Positions 37,921-53,559 of a stretch of 64,000 bases of DNA are shown in pieces. The notes under the pieces were generated by a model. It was not told the origin of the DNA. It ran no database searches and saw nothing but the letters and a program-made list of their open reading frames with translations. The position numbers were made by a program, and so were the translations under genes. Position 1 is the stretch's first letter. Each line of letters starts with the position of its first letter. The DNA comes from Octopus vulgaris. Lineage: Eukaryota. The DNA lies in contig OX597836.1 of NCBI GenBank assembly GCA_951406725.2, positions 15,872,001 through 15,936,000 of the forward strand. The letters run 5' to 3'.

Positions 37921-39199
37921 TAATAACAGTTGTGTTAAAAATTTTATGTAAAATCTTCTGAAGCTGCAGATCACTTCCAACGTCAGTAGGTCCAGGTCTG
38001 AACTGGTTAAGACCATGGCTTTCCGAGATCAAAGAGGAAGCCTATGCTGCTGTCTCAACACAACACGTTTCATCACAGAGAGTGAGTAAGTAATAACTGA
38101 ATGCAACACATTTCATCATAGAAAGTGAGCTAAGCGATTACGATAGTATTGTTATTAATATTTGCCTGTAAACCCTTTTAACATAGAGTAGTTTTACTTC
38201 TTTGATCTCTTAATAAAATGTTCCCTTAAAGTCAGGTTGTTTGAAGAGAGTGATAATACAAGCAATATAAGATACACATGTACAATATCACTCCTCAGTT
38301 GCCTTGTCTAACATATGACCCTCTTACTCTTTTACTTGTTTCCGTCATTTGACTGCAGCCATGCTGGAGCGCCGCCTTTAGTCGAGCAAATCGACCCCAG
38401 GACTTATTCTTTGTAAGCCCAGTACTTATTCTATCGGTGTCTTTTGCCGAACTGCTAAGTGACGGGGACGTGAACACATCAGCATTGGTTGTCACAAGGC
38501 ATTGGTCGGCTCGGGGCTATAGTAGAAGACACTTGCCCAAGATGCCACGCAGTGGGACTGAACCCGGAACCACGTGGTTGGTTAGCAAGCTACTTACCAC
38601 ACAGTCACTCCTGCGCCCATACGAGAATGAATTTTGGTGATTATTCTGTCTTTATTCTTTTACTCTTTTACTTGTTTCAGTCATTTGACTGTGGCCATAC
38701 TGGAGCACCGCCTTTAGTCGAGTAAATCAACCCCTGGATTTATTCTTTGAAAGCCTAGTACTTAATCTATCGGTCTCTTTTGCTGAACCACTAAGTTACG
38801 GGGACGTAAACACACCACCATCGGTTGTCAAGCGATGTTGGGAGGACAAACACAGACACACAAACATATACACACAGATACATATATACAACATTCTTCT
38901 TTCAGTTTCCGTCTACCAAATCCACTCACAAGGCTTTGGTCGGCCCGAGGCTATAGCAGAAAACACTTGCCCAAGATGCTATGCAGTGGGACTGAACCCG
39001 GAACCATGTGGTTGGTTAGCAAGCTACTTACCACACAGCCACTCCTGCGCCTTTAATGAAATATTTCTGATGATTCAAGCTCCCAATTCACATTTGTAGC
39101 AGACGCTTAATGAAATTCTCTCTCTCTCTCTCTCTGAAATATATAACATAAATACGGACGTAGCAGATAACAGCTAACCTTCGGCAGGATAGACCCTGT

Positions 39200-39385
39200 T
39201 GTGTCCACTTCTCTGATTGGTTGGTATTGGCACAATTTATCTCTTGCTCTATTACACGTCAATGTGCAACCCAACCAATCGCAGCCTTCTGATAAGGTCT
39301 CATGATACCATCTTCTAAATCTCCGTTTGGAGCCTCCTAGTTCCTATAAAAAGCTAGATCAACAAACCGTATTTTGTCTTTGGTT
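39200..39385 (+). promoter_or_regulatory. Candidate TATA/CCAAT Pol II promoter of an unidentified plus-strand transcript
   Basis: ATTGG at 39216 and 39226, ACACGTCA (CRE/ATF-like) at 39254, CCAAT at 39275, CTGATAAG (GATA) at 39289 and TATAAAAA at 39345-39352, all in non-repetitive sequence with plausible order and spacing. Confidence 0.5.
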
Positions 39386-40112
39386 CTAGATTTTCTAAGG
39401 TCTAACCACTGACCACAGAGCACTCAGCCAGTTCTAGTTCCTGGAGGAAAAAGAAGTAGAAGGAAAAGAGGAGGAAGAAGAGGGGAGGAGAAGTAGAGAG
39501 AGGAGAAGAAAGAGGAGAAGAAGGGTAGAAGAAAAGGAGAGGAGGAAGGTGGGGGAAGAAAGGTAGGAGAAGAAAATGAGGAGGTGGTGAGGGAGGAGGG
39601 TGGAGGAAGGTAGAGGGAGGAGAAGAAGAAGAGAAGGAGGAGGAGGATTTGGATTCTGCTACTTTTGATTGCAGAAAGTGATAACTTTAATAAAAGAGAG
39701 GATTTGACCAAAATTCCAGACTCAGCGACCAAAGTTCCTTCCAGTGGAACATGTTCCTGCATCTATGAGACAGGAAGTGAACTCCTTGAGGGAACTGGTC
39801 ACTAAACAACCACAACAACAATGACAACAACAAGATTTTGAGTAGATTAATAGATTAGTAAAGAGATAAGCTGCTCTACTGATGGTAACAATTGTTATCT
39901 CTGGCAATTGCTACAGAAGAAGGCAAGAATCTTCAATAGTTGCATTGCAACAATCAATTCCATTATCTACCGATATTGATGGCGCCAGCAGCTGCTGGAA
40001 TTTGAGAAACAATCCTTGCAATAAGAAGAAGAAGAAGAAAAAATATATATATATACTAAGAATGTTCCAGATAATGGACCAAGAATTATAGGATTTAAAA
40101 TAAAGGAGGGGG

Positions 40113-40500
40113 AAGAAGAAGAAGAAGAAGAAGAAGAAGAAGAAGAAGAAGAAGAAGAAGAAGAAGAAGAAGAAGAAGAAGAAGAAGAAGAAGAAGAAGA
40201 AGAAGAAGAAGAAGAAGAAGAAGAAGAAGAAGAAGAAGAAGAAGAAGAAGAAGGAAAAGAAGAAGAAGAAGAAGAAGAAGAAGAAGAAGAAGAAGAAGAA
40301 GAAGAAGAAGAAGAAGAAGAAGAAGAAGAAGAAGAAGAAGAAGAAGAAGAAGAAGAAGAAGAAGAAGAAAAGCAGAAGAAGAAGAAGAAGAAGAAGAAGA
40401 AGAAGAAGAAGAAGAAGAAGAAGAAGAAGAAGAAGAAGAAGAAGAAGAAGAAAAGAAGAAGAAGAAGAAGAAGAAGAAGAAGAAGAAGAAAAAGAAGAAG
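40113..40500. repeat. Long (GAA)n tract
   Basis: About 390 bp, almost pure, with few interruptions. Confidence 0.97.
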
Positions 40501-41113
40501 TAAAGAAAGAAAGAGAAGAAAGAAAGAAAAGAAAGAAAGAAAGAAAAGAAGAAGAAAGAGAAGAAAATTGGAGAAAAAGAAGGAATGTGTGTCAGGAGAG
40601 GGGGGATTTTCATCACTAAAATCATTGCAATCAGCAGCAGTAGCAGCAGCAGCAGCAGAAGATGCTGCAGCATCACCCACCACCACTGCCATCGTCATCA
40701 CCTTTGTAGTTGTTGTTGTTGTTGTCACCTTCTCTTTCCCTCCCACACATCTTTCTTTTCTCACTTCTTCTCCTCCTCCTCCTCCTCATCATCATCACTA
40801 TCACTGTTATCAAACCATCCTCATTACCATCATGATCATCTTCATCATCCCCATCACCCACATTATCATCATTGTTGGCATCACTATCATTATCATCGTC
40901 ACCCTAACGACCACTGCCACCTCCACCACCACCACCTCTACCACAACCTCCACCACCACCACATCCACCACCACCACCTCCACCTCCACCACCACCTCCA
41001 CACCACCTCCACCACCATTGTACTCATCGCCATCATCATCGTCATCATCATCATCACCATCACCATCATCATCATCACCACCATCATCATCACTATCATC
41101 ATCGTCGTCATAC

Positions 41114-41157
<44 letters not shown>

Positions 41158-42100
41158 GCCATTATCACTCCCACCACTTCACACCATCATCACCACCTCC
41201 ACCCTGCATCATCACCATCATCATTATTATCATCATCCTCTCCGCCAGCCAGCCAGCCCCAACCGCCACCCCTGCTGCCACCAACAGACACCACCGCCAT
41301 CATCACTGTTGTAGTCATCATTATCATCACAGTGATTTTGACAAATGAATTCTGCTAGCTGTCTTAGTAATCAATGACTGCACTGTATTGAAGACTTGTT
41401 GCTGAAAGGACGAGGTATTGACTAATGGAAGCGAGGGGGGGCAGAGGGGGGGCAGAGGGGGTGCTTCGGTGCGAAGTGGGGGAGTGTCAGGGCAGGTTTC
41501 AAATGTCAGAATAGATGACTACATGGAACTTTACCACAGTTGAAATACTTCTGGCCCTTTCTCTCTCACACACACACACACACATACACTCATACACAAA
41601 CACACACACATCATAATTTAATGTCCCCTCTTTCCATGCCAGTATAGGTTTGACATTTCGACATGAACTGACATGCCAGAAGGTTACACCAAGCTTCAAT
41701 GTCTGTTTTGACATGGTTTCTATGACTGGACATCGTTCCTTATGCCAACAGCCTCATGATAAAAGTGCTGGTGCCATGGCAAAAGCACCCACTACACAGA
41801 GTGTAGTACCACTTGCCAGGAATGTATTTGATATATAAATATATTCAATAGTGTTATACCATTAAACTTAATGGCAACTTAAGCAATGTATTTATGGATA
41901 ATTAATGGATTGGATGTGGTACTGAAGAAAGAGCAATAATACTTGAAATGTGCATATACACCTATTACATTTCAATCACATTGTTTACATAGACGTATTC
42001 ATATACAAAACATTATAACTTTCAGAGCTAGCTCTAAATTCTATAGAAAATCTGAAGAGATAAACTTAAAAATATACAGATACATATATACATGCATGTA

Positions 42101-42158
<58 letters not shown>

Positions 42159-42335
42159 ATTTCTTTATTGCCCACAAGAGGGGAAAAACAAGGACAGACA
42201 CAGGGATTAAGTCAATTACATCGACCCCAGTGTGTAACTGGTACTCAATTTATCGACCCTGAAAGGATGAAAGGCAAAGTCAACCTTGGCACAATTTGAA
42301 CTCAGAACATAAAGACAAACGAAACACCGCTAGGC

Positions 42336-42386
<51 letters not shown>

Positions 42387-44156
42387 AGTACAGCTACCCA
42401 TCACTTGACTATAACTTGGTAATACAGTATAGCAATCTGTACTATACCTTCACTATTTGTTTAACTCTTTAGCATTCAAACTGGCCATATTCAGTCTAAA
42501 TATTCTTCTTGTTCTATTTTCAAATCAGCCAGATGCAGCCCATCCCACACTGTCCTCAATATATGCAATCACATGACTGAAATCTCAAAGCTACAAGATA
42601 ATCTATGATTAATTCAAACAATCTGAATAAATAAGCATTTCATTTGACAGGAGTGAAGGCGTGTGTCTTAGTGGTTAAGGTATTCGGCTTAGGATTGTAG
42701 GGTTGTGAGTTCAATTCATGGCGACACATTGTGTCCTTGAGCAAGACACTTTATTTCATGTTGTTCCAGTCCACTCAGCTGGCAAAAATGAGTGGTACCT
42801 GTATTTCAGAGGGCCAGCTTTGTCACACTCTGTGTCACACTGAATCTCCCTGAGAACTACATTTAGGGGAAGGTGGCGAAGTCATAGGTATTAATGATGG
42901 TGGTGTCAGAAGTCTGAATGGTGTGTGTATGGCAGTTGTGGTGGAGATGGTGGTGTTACTGGTGATGGTGATGGGAGATGGTGGTGGCACAGGTGATGGT
43001 GATGGTTGAAAACAATCAACAGAAAGAGAGAGAGAAAGAAAGAGGTTAGATAGAAAAAAAAAATTGTACTAACCCCTGAATGGAAGACAAAAATGTTTAT
43101 CATGCAGCTTTGCAATAAGTTCCAAGTCAACAAATTATATCATTGTTTTGATGAAAATTGTTCATTGCTTGATAAATATTGGTCAAGTTTAATACAATTT
43201 AATATGTACTCAATGCATGAAATGTCATTGTTGGGCCCAAGGCCCAATGAAGAGCACTCCACGGGAGCCATCTTAAGAGCTGCCCAACAGGTCTGCATTT
43301 AAACTAGTAATACATATATAAATATATATATATATATCATCATCATCATCATCATCATTTAGCGTCCGTTTTCCATGCTAGCATGGGTTGGACGGTTCAA
43401 CTGGGGTCTGTGAAGCCAGAAGGCTGCATCAGGCCCAGTCAGATCTGGCATGGTTTCTACGGCTGGATGCCCTTCCTAAAGCCAACCACTCCATGAGTGT
43501 AGTGGGTGCTTTTTACGTGCCACCCGCACAGGTGCCAGACGGAGCTGGCAAACGGCCACGAACGGATGGTGCTTTTACGTGCCACCGGCACGGGGGCCAG
43601 GCGAGGCTGGCAACAGACACGAACGGATGGTGCTTTTATGTGCCACCGGCAAGGGGGCCAGGCGAGACTGGCATCGGACACGAGCTGGCAGAGTCGTTAG
43701 CATGCCGGGCGAAATGCTTACTGGTATTTCGTCTGCCGTTACGTTCTGAGTTCAAATTCCGCCGAGGTCCACTTTGCCTTTCATCCTTTCGGGGTCGATG
43801 AATTAAGTACCAGTTACGCACTGAGGTCGATATAATCGACTTAATCCGTTTGTCTGTCCTTGTTTGTCCCCTCTGTGTATAGCCCCTTGTGGGCAGTAAA
43901 GAAATAGGACACGAGCGGATGTATATATATGTATGTATTACTAATATAAGGGTAAATAATTATCAATTTTAAAATTAATATTTGTTACCAAGTAGTTTTG
44001 GTATGGAAAGAGAACTTTTTCAAAAAGTATTTCTATAAAATAAATTACTTTACTCTGCTATGTATTGAGTACCTTATTTACTGTGGTTAACCCCGACTCA
44101 ACCCGGGACCTACATATATATATATATATATATAGAGAGATAGATATACACACACA

Positions 44157-44224
<68 letters not shown>

Positions 44225-44227
44225 TAA

Positions 44228-44263
<36 letters not shown>

Positions 44264-44268
44264 GTATG

Positions 44269-44305
<37 letters not shown>

Positions 44306-45838
44306 GCACATATGTATATATATACATATGTGTGTGTGTGTGTGTGTGTGTGTATATTCAATTTTCCTATTTTAATATATAATTTTTTTCACCCTCTGAT
44401 AAAGAAACATTATTAATGTTACTGAATGGCTAGTCACCATTAATTGGTGAACAACTATTCAGCAGCAAATTAAATTGATTTGTATTATTGGCTCTGTTAT
44501 TTTTTATTTTCTTTGCTTTGCTTTCGTTCTCTACCTCCCACCACTACCTTTGCTTACTGTTCTAATGAAAGGACAAACTTTAAGAGCAAATAACTATTTG
44601 GTTGGCAATTCAATTTGCTCTGCAGCGTACTTACTGATTTATATATGTGTGTATGTATGTGTGTTTATAGATATATATATGTGTGTGTGTGTGTGTATTT
44701 GTGTGTGTGTGGTTATGGTTAGTTTGTATTATTGTTTGGCAGTGTTATTAGGTTTTGTTGTTGTTGGTGTTGTTTAGTGGTTTTATGTTATTTACTATTG
44801 ATTTTCTTTTATTTTCGTTTTTCACTTGCGATGCATTTTAAAAGTGCAACTTTAAACTGGGTGAGCATCGTAATGGAGTCTGAATCATAGTATAGGTGGT
44901 CGTTCGTTGCGGGTGATAATAGTGGTAGTGGTGAGAGGCTGTGATTGTAAAGTGGTGGTGGTTATGACAGTAATTGTATTAGTGGTGGTAATAATAATGA
45001 TGCTAGTGGTGGTGGTGGTGATGGGGATAATAGTGGTAGTGGCAGGGGTGGTAAATTCCGCCGAGGTCGACTTTGCCTTTCATCCTTTCGGGGTCGATAA
45101 ATTAAGTACCAGCTACGCACTGGGGTCGATGTAATCGACTTTATACCTATGTCTGTCCTTGTTTGTCCCCTCTATGTTTAGCCCCTTGTGGGTAATAAAG
45201 AAATAGGTAATAATGATGGTGATGATGGTGATGGTTGTGGCGGCAGCGGTGGTGGTGGTGACAGTGGTAGAGGTGGTGGTGGTGGTGGTGGTGGTGGCAG
45301 TAGTGGTGGTGGTGGTGGTGGCAGTAGTGGTGGTGGTGATAGTTAAAGTGATGGTGGTAGTAGTAGTGGTAGTAACACTGGCAGTAGTATTAGTGGTGGT
45401 TTTGACCACTATCCTTACAGGTAAAGCAGTTATGTAAAGACTGCCTTTGTTTGGTTTGTAGTGGTGTTAAATTAGCTGCTGTTTTTAGCATAAGTGCTTA
45501 AAAAAAAGACATTCAACACAGACAATGTTATGTTAATCGAAATAAAAATCAAATGGAAATTGTAGTTGTGATACCTGTGCCGGTGGCACATAAAAAGCAC
45601 AATCCGAACGTGGCTGATGCCAGCGCTGCCTTGACTGGCATCCGTGTCTGTGGCACGTAAAAAGCACCAACCGATCATGGCCATTGCTAGCCTTCTCTGA
45701 CACATAAAAAGTACCCACTACACTCACGGAGTGGTTGGCACTAGGAAGGGCATCCAGCTGTAGAAACTCTGCCAGATCAGACTGGAGCCTGGTGCAGCCT
45801 CCTGGCTTTCCAGACCCCGGTCGAACTGTCCAACCCAT

Positions 45839-46333
45839 CATCATCATTGTTCGACCGTGGTCGAGACAATGGAATTTACCATGCTACGCCAGACTTCACG
45901 GTCCATCATGGCATTACGGAGGTCCTGTTGCTGGATGCCTGTATCCCTGGAGATTACATCAGGGTAGGAGAGTGTGCGCCCTCTGGTATTGCGAGTAGAT
46001 GGCTTCCAGAGGAGAAAGAGTAGAAATTACTTCTTTTTCAGCTCTACAACAATGTCCAGCAAACTGGACTCTCCTACCTTTCACAAGAGATGACACAGAT
46101 GGTAGTTTCCCATATATTTGCATTTTGGTTGGATGGCGCTTCCACGAGAGATTTTGAGCTCTCATAAGGAGGCGAGTGTAGGTTCCATCTAACCGCCTCT
46201 CAAGCTTCTTTGGTGACGTCCAGGTTTCTGAGCCATATAGTAGAATTGGTTCGACTGTGGCTTTGAAGATTTCAAGTTTGAAGTCTCTACTTCGATTTGA
46301 TGACCAGATCTTATGCATGTCATTACAGGCATA
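45839..46333 (-). mobile_element. 5'-truncated RTE-clade LINE 3' end inserted in a SINE
   Basis: Encodes IFKATVEPILLYGSETW...RRVQFAGHCCR (post-RT region), has a (TGA)n tail and a TSD TCCAACCCA(T) at 45829 and 46335. Confidence 0.88.
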
Positions 46334-47588
46334 ATCCAACCCATGCTAGCATGGAAAACGGACATTAAACGACGATGATGATGATGATGATGACAGCGCC
46401 AGCATTTAAGAGTTAGACTTATTGCATGAACTCAGAGTTTCCTCTTCCCCAACCCTGTTCTTGAGCACTTTTTGGAGTACCCTCCCAGGTAGATTGCCTT
46501 CATTGCAGCAGTAGGATCTATCTTTTATACTCTTTTTACTCTTTTACTCTTTTACTTGTTTCAGTCATTTTGACTGCGACCATGCTGGAGCACCACCTTT
46601 ATTCGAGCAAATCAACCCCGGGACTTATTCTTTGTAAGCCCAGTACTTATTCTATCGGTCACTTTTTGCCGAACCGCTAAGTGACGGGGACGTAAACACA
46701 CCAGCATCGGTTGTCAAGCAATGCTAGGGGGACAAACACAGACACACAAACACACGCACACATACATATATATATATATATATACGACAGGCTTCTTTCA
46801 GTTTCCGTCTACCAAATCCACTCACAAGGCATTGGTCGGCCTGAGGCTATAGCAGAAGACACTTGCCCAAGATGCCACGCAGTGGGACTGAACCCGGAAC
46901 CATGTGGCTGGTAAGCAAGCTACTTACCACACAGCCACTCTTACACCTGTTTTTTTTTTTTAATGACATTGTAGGGTAGGTGTGAGAGGCTGAATCTAGC
47001 CAATTTGAACATAAAAATAGGTAGAATATTTGAGCTGAATATGAGTTTAATAACTAAAGGATTAAATCTTTCTCTAGAATGAATGCATTTGATTATAGAG
47101 ATAATAACAGATTAACAGATCCATGTCTAGATACTTCTCTTGCGGATGTGGGTTAAATTTCAGAGTTCACACGACTGGGAAGAAGTGATATGATTCATTG
47201 GACTTCATCTTGCAAGCTCAGCCATCCGCCTCTTCAAACAAACTAATAATTCTGAGTTAGCTAGAATGTCGTAGGTGGATTGCTTGTTTTTATCGACTGC
47301 CATTTATTACATCAACCTCGGAAATGGTGAAAAAGCATGTACACAGACATCTCAAAAGTAAATAGAGACCAACTTTTACATTTTACGTGTTTCAGTCATT
47401 AGACTGTGGCCATGCTGGGGCACTGCCTTGAAGAATTTTTAGTCAAATGAATTGGCTCCACTACTTGTTTTATTTTTTTAAAGCCTGGTACTTATTCTAT
47501 GAGTCTCTTTTGCCAAACTGCGAAGTTATAGGGACATAAACACCCCAAGGCCGGTTGTCAGGCAGTGGTGTGGGACAAACAGACACAA

Positions 47589-47623
<35 letters not shown>

Positions 47624-47638
47624 ATCTATATCTATATC

Positions 47639-47680
<42 letters not shown>

Positions 47681-48511
47681 GCTTCTTTCCATCAACCATG
47701 AGTGTCCATCTACCAAATCCAATCACAAGGCTTTGGTTGGACACTTGTCCATGGTACCACACAGTGGGACTGAGCCTGGAACCATGCAGTTGGGAAGCAA
47801 ACTTATTACAACATACGCATACCCACACTGTAATTTTTTTTTTTTTTGCTTTTCTAAGATTTATTTCCAAAACCAAAATAATGTCCTTTGATGCCTTTAA
47901 ACACCTAATCTAGAATTTGGTCGACATGTCTTGTGCATTTTTTAATGATTCCACCCATTTTGGCATCGTTTTGAGGGGAGGTGTCTTCTGATCCTGTGAA
48001 TGCCATCAGCTCCTGCATTCATCAGAGTCTTTATATTATTGACTCTCGTAGAGATGAAAGACAAAGTTGATCTCGGCAAGATTTTAATCAGCATATATAT
48101 TTCTTTATTGCCCACAAGGGACTAAACATAGAGAGGACAAACAAAGACAGACAAAAGGATTAAGTCGATTACATTGACCCCAGTGTGTAACTGGTAATTT
48201 ATTTATCGACCCCGAAAGGATGAAAGGCAAAGTCGACCTCGGCGGAATTTGAACTCAGAATGTAACAGCAGACGAAATACCGCTAAGCATTTCACCCAGC
48301 GTGCTAACGATTCTGCCAAGCTCTCCACATTTTAATCATCATAATAACGAGTAAGGTCTACACAGATCAAACATTATAAACAGGTAGTGGGAGGGGCCTA
48401 TTTACTTTTGGATTGTCTGTGTAAAATCAGTAGTATAAAGTGTGTGGGAGGTAGGAAGGATTTGCAGGTTGTGAGAGGAGGGGTGGCCACTGCACAGGAT
48501 GGCCACTTCAT

Positions 48512-48978
48512 ATATGAGGGTGTGCTGAAAAGTTCCTGGCTTTGGGTAAAAGAAAATACAGGAGGCTCAGTTAATTATGATTTTATCCAACATATTCCTC
48601 TCTCAAATTCAGACACTTATTGCAGTGGTCCTTCAGTTTTTTTAAGACCTGTAAAAGAACTCAGAAGGTTGGGCCTCCAACCAGGCCTTTCACAATACCT
48701 ATTTCTTTACTACCCACAAGGGGCTAAATACAGAGGGGACAAACAAGGACAGATAAACGGATTAAGTCAATTACATCGACTCCAGTGCGTAATTGGTACT
48801 TAATTTATCAAGCCCGAAAGGATGAAAGGAAAAGTCGACCTCGGCAGAATTTGAACTCAGAACGTAACAGCAGACGAAATACGGCTACGCATTTCACCCA
48901 GCGTGCTAATGATTCAGCCAGCTCACTCGCCTTTCACAATACCCTAAAAGCCAGGGACTTTTCAGTACCCTCCCTATA
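48512..48978. mobile_element. Mariner-type MITE containing a SINE with 15-bp TSD (related partial copy at 10623-10775 in RTEL1 intron)
   Basis: Inverted ends TATGAGGG..GCTGAAAAGTTCCTGG / CCAGGGACTTTTCAG..CCCTATA. The TSD GCCTTTCACAATACC lies either side of the SINE. Confidence 0.75.
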
Positions 48979-49940
48979 TGTGTTTCCTGTAATGGAAAGT
49001 GTGTTACATTTAAGGAAGGGAGTAGCCAATTTTTCTGCTGCACAGGGCAGCCAAAATCCACACTACATTACTGTGAGGAACTGAACAGTATTTGAACTTA
49101 GAATCTAAAGGACTATAACTCAACACCACAAGGTATTTTTGTGCAAATGTCTTGTAGTATTTCTTCCTACTCTTTCTTTACATTCAAGATTCAAACCTTG
49201 CTGAAGTCAACTTTGCCTTTCGTCTCTACAGGAGTCAATAATAGAAAGACCCTGTTGAGTGCTGGAGCTGATGCTATTCACGGGACCACAAGACACCCTC
49301 CCCTCAAAACTTGTGATTTTGTGCCTTATTTAGAAACAGTTTTGTGAGCACCACTAATCATACCATCTCCTTGTCACTGCATATCTTAATCCCTTTTAAA
49401 ATCTCTCGTCCCTTTGTAACTCATAATTAAGTTGGCTTACTTTCATGAAGCTCACAGTAGTTCTAGTTCTAGTTGTAGTTTATTTATAGTTCCTCTTTTA
49501 TTCTCTTGGCTATTTTAATCCTTTGTAATATTCAGACCAAGCCTCTGTTTTTATCAATGATTAAAAAGAAAGAAACAAACAAAGAAATAGGGGAAGAGAG
49601 GTAGAAAGAAAGGAAGGGAAAATGCTTTTTAAAGCTATAAGCTGCATCGCAAGTATGTTCAGTTTCCAGTTTGTGAGTGGTGTGTATTTATGTTAGATAT
49701 AGGTGTGATGTGATGTGATGTGATGCATGAGTTTAGTGAGTAGAGAGAGAGAGAGAGAGAGAGGTGGTGGCTGGAGAATATTGAGTTGGTGTATAAAGTA
49801 GAGGGTGTAGAGTTGGTGTTTATAAAGTGGTGTTAGGGATATTCAATTCTATGATTTACATATTCATTCACACACAAACACACATTCACAAATGCACAAA
49901 CATATGTGTGTATGTATATGCATATGTATGTGTGTGTTCA

Positions 49941-49971
<31 letters not shown>

Positions 49972-50004
49972 GCATATATGTATATGTATATATATGTATG
50001 TATG

Positions 50005-50040
<36 letters not shown>

Positions 50041-50196
50041 TACATGTGCACACACACACACTCATATACACACATATATACATACGTGCACACACATTAA
50101 TATATCAGTCTACTTATTGATCTATCTTCATATGTGTGTGTATATATAGTGTACACACACATGTATGTACATATATATATATATGCATACATACAT

Positions 50197-50261
<65 letters not shown>

Positions 50262-52174
50262 TGCATACACACATATACACATACACATATACATATATAC
50301 AAACATGTAAACAAGCAACCCCTGTACACTCACACACACACACACACACACACATGTGCATATGTGTGTGTGTGCGTGCATGCGCACATGCATGTGTGTG
50401 TGTGTGTAAGTGAGAATAGTGGAAGTGAAATATAGTTCAGTCTGAAAAGGGAGGTGGAACGATCCACACATGCACATACCCACATATAAACATACACCCA
50501 CACACACACACATACACACACACACACGTGTGTGTATGCGCGTGCGCACTCACAGTGACAAAAGTAACCCACATCACTAACTGTTTGATGTTATTTCTAA
50601 TGGAGGAGGACCATTAGCAACGTCACCACTGCAACTACTGCCATCACTGCCACAACCACCACCACCACCACCTACACCTCCACAACCACTGCCACCACAA
50701 CCACCACCCCTACTACCCCCAACCACAACTACTACCTTCACCAATACCACCTATATTTGCCACTGCTACCACCAACATCACCACCATTACCACCACCACC
50801 ACTACCATCACCACCACAACCACCACCACCACCACCTACACCTCCACAACCACTGCCACCACAACCACCACCCCTACTACCCCCAACCACAACTACCACC
50901 TTCACCAATACCACCTATATTTGCCACTACTACCACTAACATCACCACCATCACCACCACAACCACCACCACCACAACCACCACCACCACCACCACCACC
51001 ACCACTACCACTATCACCACCACCACTACCATCACCACCACAACCACCACCACCACCACTATCACCACCACAACCATTATCACCACCACCACCACCACCA
51101 CCACCACCACCACCACTACCGCCGCCGCTGACGCTGCCGCCACCGTCACCACCACCACCAGTAATGGTCTTTATTCTGAAAAGTCTTCATGTTCTTTTGA
51201 TGATGTCTGCTGCCTATTTATGGAGAGAATTTTGGTAACTTTTTCTACTGGCACCATACAATATGTCCACTGCCCATTCAAGAGACTGAATAGAGAACGA
51301 TTCCCTCTTTTAATAATCAAAGCCTTCTCAATTCTGTTGAAGATCAATGACGGACGGTTTTAAAAATTACATCTGTACAATCTGTAGTGTTCATGACAGC
51401 TTAAAATAGAAAGACTGTGACAGACAGACAGACAGATAGACAGAAAGATAGGTAGATAGATAGATTTATAGATAGATGGATAGATAGATAGATAGATAGA
51501 TAGGAAAACATTGAGACAGATGTAGATAAGTAGATAAATAGATTGATAGATAGACAGAGAGAGAGAAACTGATTTCTCTCTTCGCTCCTTTTCACCACAT
51601 GGGCTCAATTCTCCTTCCCTCTTCATCTAACCCTCCACCTCTCCCCTCTCTTCCTCTCACACTTACTTCCTCCCACCTACCTCTCCTCTCTTGCTATGGC
51701 ACCCACTTCCTCTCTTCGCTCCTACCCACCTTCTCCCTTCATCATCACCCCACCCTTGTTAACCCACCCCTAAGCATTCCATCCCCACCATCCCTATACA
51801 TCCCATCCCACCCCCAGCCTTGCTTCCACCACTCTCGCCTCCCGCACATCCCAGCACCATCACATCACACCACACACCACCACACACCACACCACCACAC
51901 CACACACCACCATACCACACCACCATACCACACCACCCTGCACACACTAGCACTGACCACTTCCCATCACCTACACCATCATCCAAACACCTACATATGC
52001 ACACACGCACACGTCAATGTCACCAGCCCCCTTCCACATACACACACACATATACATGCTCTCACATGCACAGGCATGTGAACCTTCATTTTGGGATCAC
52101 CACTACTTTATTATCTCCCCTTCTTCCTAGCTCTCCTGTGTAACTCCTCTGTCTGGCATGGGGGAGAAGCAAAG

Positions 52175-52227
<53 letters not shown>

Positions 52228-52395
52228 GGGCTTCTTTCAGTTTCTGTCTATGAAATCCACTCATAAGGCTTTAGTCCAGCCAGGGCAATAGTAGAAAATA
52301 CTTGTCCAAGTGTCATGCAGTGGGACTGAACCTAGAACCATGTGGCTGGGAAACAAACTTATTACCATACAGCCATGCCTGCGCATATAGACTGC

Positions 52396-52476
<81 letters not shown>

Positions 52477-52477
52477 G

Positions 52478-52522
<45 letters not shown>

Positions 52523-52557
52523 GTAGATAGATAGATAGATAGATAGATTGATAGATT

Positions 52558-52601
<44 letters not shown>

Positions 52602-52611
52602 TATATATAGT

Positions 52612-52706
<95 letters not shown>

Positions 52707-52769
52707 GTAGATAGATAGATAGATAGATTGATAGATAGATAGATAGATAGATTGATAGATTGATAGATT

Positions 52770-52804
<35 letters not shown>

Positions 52805-52830
52805 GGATGGATGGATAGATAGATAGATAG
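52396..52830. repeat. (TAGA)n microsatellite
   Basis: Direct reading. Confidence 0.97.
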
Positions 52831-53527
52831 AGGGAGAGAGAATATGAGAGAGTGAGTGAGTGAGAGAGAAAGAGAGGGAGAGGAAGAGAAAGAGAGAGAG
52901 AGAGGGAGGGAGACGTAGTGAAAACATGGGCATGTGACTAAGAGGAAATCAACTGATTCATTGACATTTCATCCCACGAACCAAGCAATTTGAAACAATC
53001 AATCAAATCTATTTTGCCACTTCTTTAGAATGTTCTCCAGTTGTGGTAAGATTATAGAAATCACATGACTGATATGAAATGATCTGATTGGCAGAGAAGA
53101 CTTCATCATCCTACAAACCCAGTAATACAAAATATAAGACTTCTTTTTTTTACATTTTTCAAGAATATTTTTTGGCTCTGGCAAATCTTTGACCTTGTCT
53201 GCTATTCAGAAACCAGTAGGATTTTATTTTGTTTATTTCTTTTACTTGTTTCACTCATTAGACTGTGGTCATGCTGGAGCACCGCACTGAGGGGTTTAGC
53301 TGAACAAATCGACCCCAGGACTTACTTTCAAGTCTGGGGCTTATTTTATTGGTCTCTTTTGCCAAACCAAAGTTACAAGGATGTAAATAAACCAATATTG
53401 GTTATCAAGTTGCAGTGGGGTCAAACACACACATGCGCGCACACACACACACACACATGCACACACACTCTCTTTCTCACACACACAAACACTTAAATAC
53501 ACATATTTATAGAGCTATAGCTATATT

Positions 53528-53559
<32 letters not shown>

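Noticed and set aside
39967-41358. Overlapping 190-265 aa poly-S/F/L/H/T ORFs
   Set aside because: They are readings of (GAA)n, (CAT)n and (CAC)n microsatellites.
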